The notes below the pieces were generated by a model. The model had not been told where the DNA came from. It saw only the letters and a list, made by a program, of their open reading frames with translations, and did no database searches. DNA of 63,057 nt, counting the filler, from Octopus bimaculoides (taxonomy: Eukaryota), in NCBI RefSeq assembly GCF_001194135.2. It is 5 parts of 5 records of this genome, joined end to end, with 100 filler letters (N's around TTAATTAATTAA, not from the genome) between each part and the next. Parts side by side here need not be neighbours in the genome. Positions count along the whole stretch, not along the records: positions 61,130 to 63,057 come from NW_026418014.1; 4 more parts are not named here. One strand, written 5' to 3'. Made by a program: the position numbers and the translations under genes. Positions 62,413 to 63,057 of this stretch are shown here, one piece after another; the stretch's first letter is position 1, and the number at the start of each line of letters is the position of its first letter.

Positions 62413-62452
62413 CTAGTTTAAAAGCTGCCTGACAGGGCAGCTTTTACACTAG
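62413..62452. other. 40-bp CTAG-bounded palindrome with an 11-bp perfect stem
   Basis: CTAG-TT-TAAAAGCTGCC-TGACAG-GGCAGCTTTTA-CA-CTAG. Confidence 0.7.
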
Positions 62453-62638
62453 TTATATATAATCTCCTTCACTCAGCACAACAGTATATATCAGTTTAAC
62501 TGATTTAGAACAACTTCAGTACGACCTGTTGAAAATAGCAACTAAATCTCCCTCAAATTACACTCTGCCATCTAAAAATAGACAATGTTGTGAATAGGGT
62601 ATCCAAAGTGATAGAATGGTCATTTTCATTCTTTAAAA

Positions 62639-62889
62639 CAGTGATTCCCTAAGGGGGCAGTGGAATGATCTAGCTGGGCATTGAAGAAAAGTGGGGTGAT
62701 AATGGGGTGGTTAAAAGGGGACAATGGGTGTAAAAAGAAACCTCAAATAATGGGTTAATTAGGTTAAGTTATTGTGAATTTGTTGCAGAAAATGGTCAGT
62801 GGTTGTGGTGGTGGTGAGTGGGTGGGGCACTAGGAATGTGGCCAGGGTGCCAAGGGGACAGCAGCCTAAAAAAGGTTTGGCAACCACTG
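62639..62889. mobile_element. hAT/Charlie-type MITE
   Basis: Ends CAGTGATTCCC and TTTGGCAACCACTG; 8-bp flanks CTTTAAAA / GTTTAAAA (7 of 8 match). Confidence 0.8.
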
Positions 62890-63057
62890 GTTTAAAACAT
62901 CAGTAGTTTCGATTTTTAATGTCCAACATACATCTGAAATAATATATTGTTTTTTACCTCTGTTCAAGTAGACCAGATCAAAGCATTCCAGCCATGACCA
63001 TCACAATTGATTTACAGATAATATATCCATGGCTACATTACTGAATGTGTCCTTCCT

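Overview
AT-rich, microsatellite-dense eukaryotic DNA; the SINE families and composition point to an octopod cephalopod, probably Octopus (inferred from recalled repeat families, no database search run). Four 100-bp N44-TTAATTAATTAA-N44 linkers split the window into five separately assembled blocks, so adjacency across them is uncertain. No host gene could be named. The window is mostly decayed, nested transposons: mariner, Tc1 (IR/DR type), hAT, two R4/Dong-type LINE pieces, a Tx1/L1-type LINE, RTE and CR1/L2 fragments, a Penelope GIY-YIG element, a Ty3/gypsy pol, several MITEs and at least five tRNA-headed SINE types, some in head-to-tail arrays. Most interesting: (1) a 157-aa reading frame at 48.8-49.4 kb that stays open only if three consecutive 25/23/23-nt GT-AG introns are removed, an architecture known from dicyemid parasites of cephalopods; (2) a tRNA-headed SINE with a hammerhead ribozyme core and an inverted tail piece, inserted with a 10-bp TSD into the Tc1 transposase; (3) a second, more complete Penelope-type hammerhead at 59.6 kb; (4) fold-back elements with Helitron-like 5' or 3' termini at both ends. 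All family calls come from motif recognition by eye. Repeat boundaries are approximate unless a TSD/TIR is quoted, and small SINE fragments and microsatellites are not listed exhaustively.
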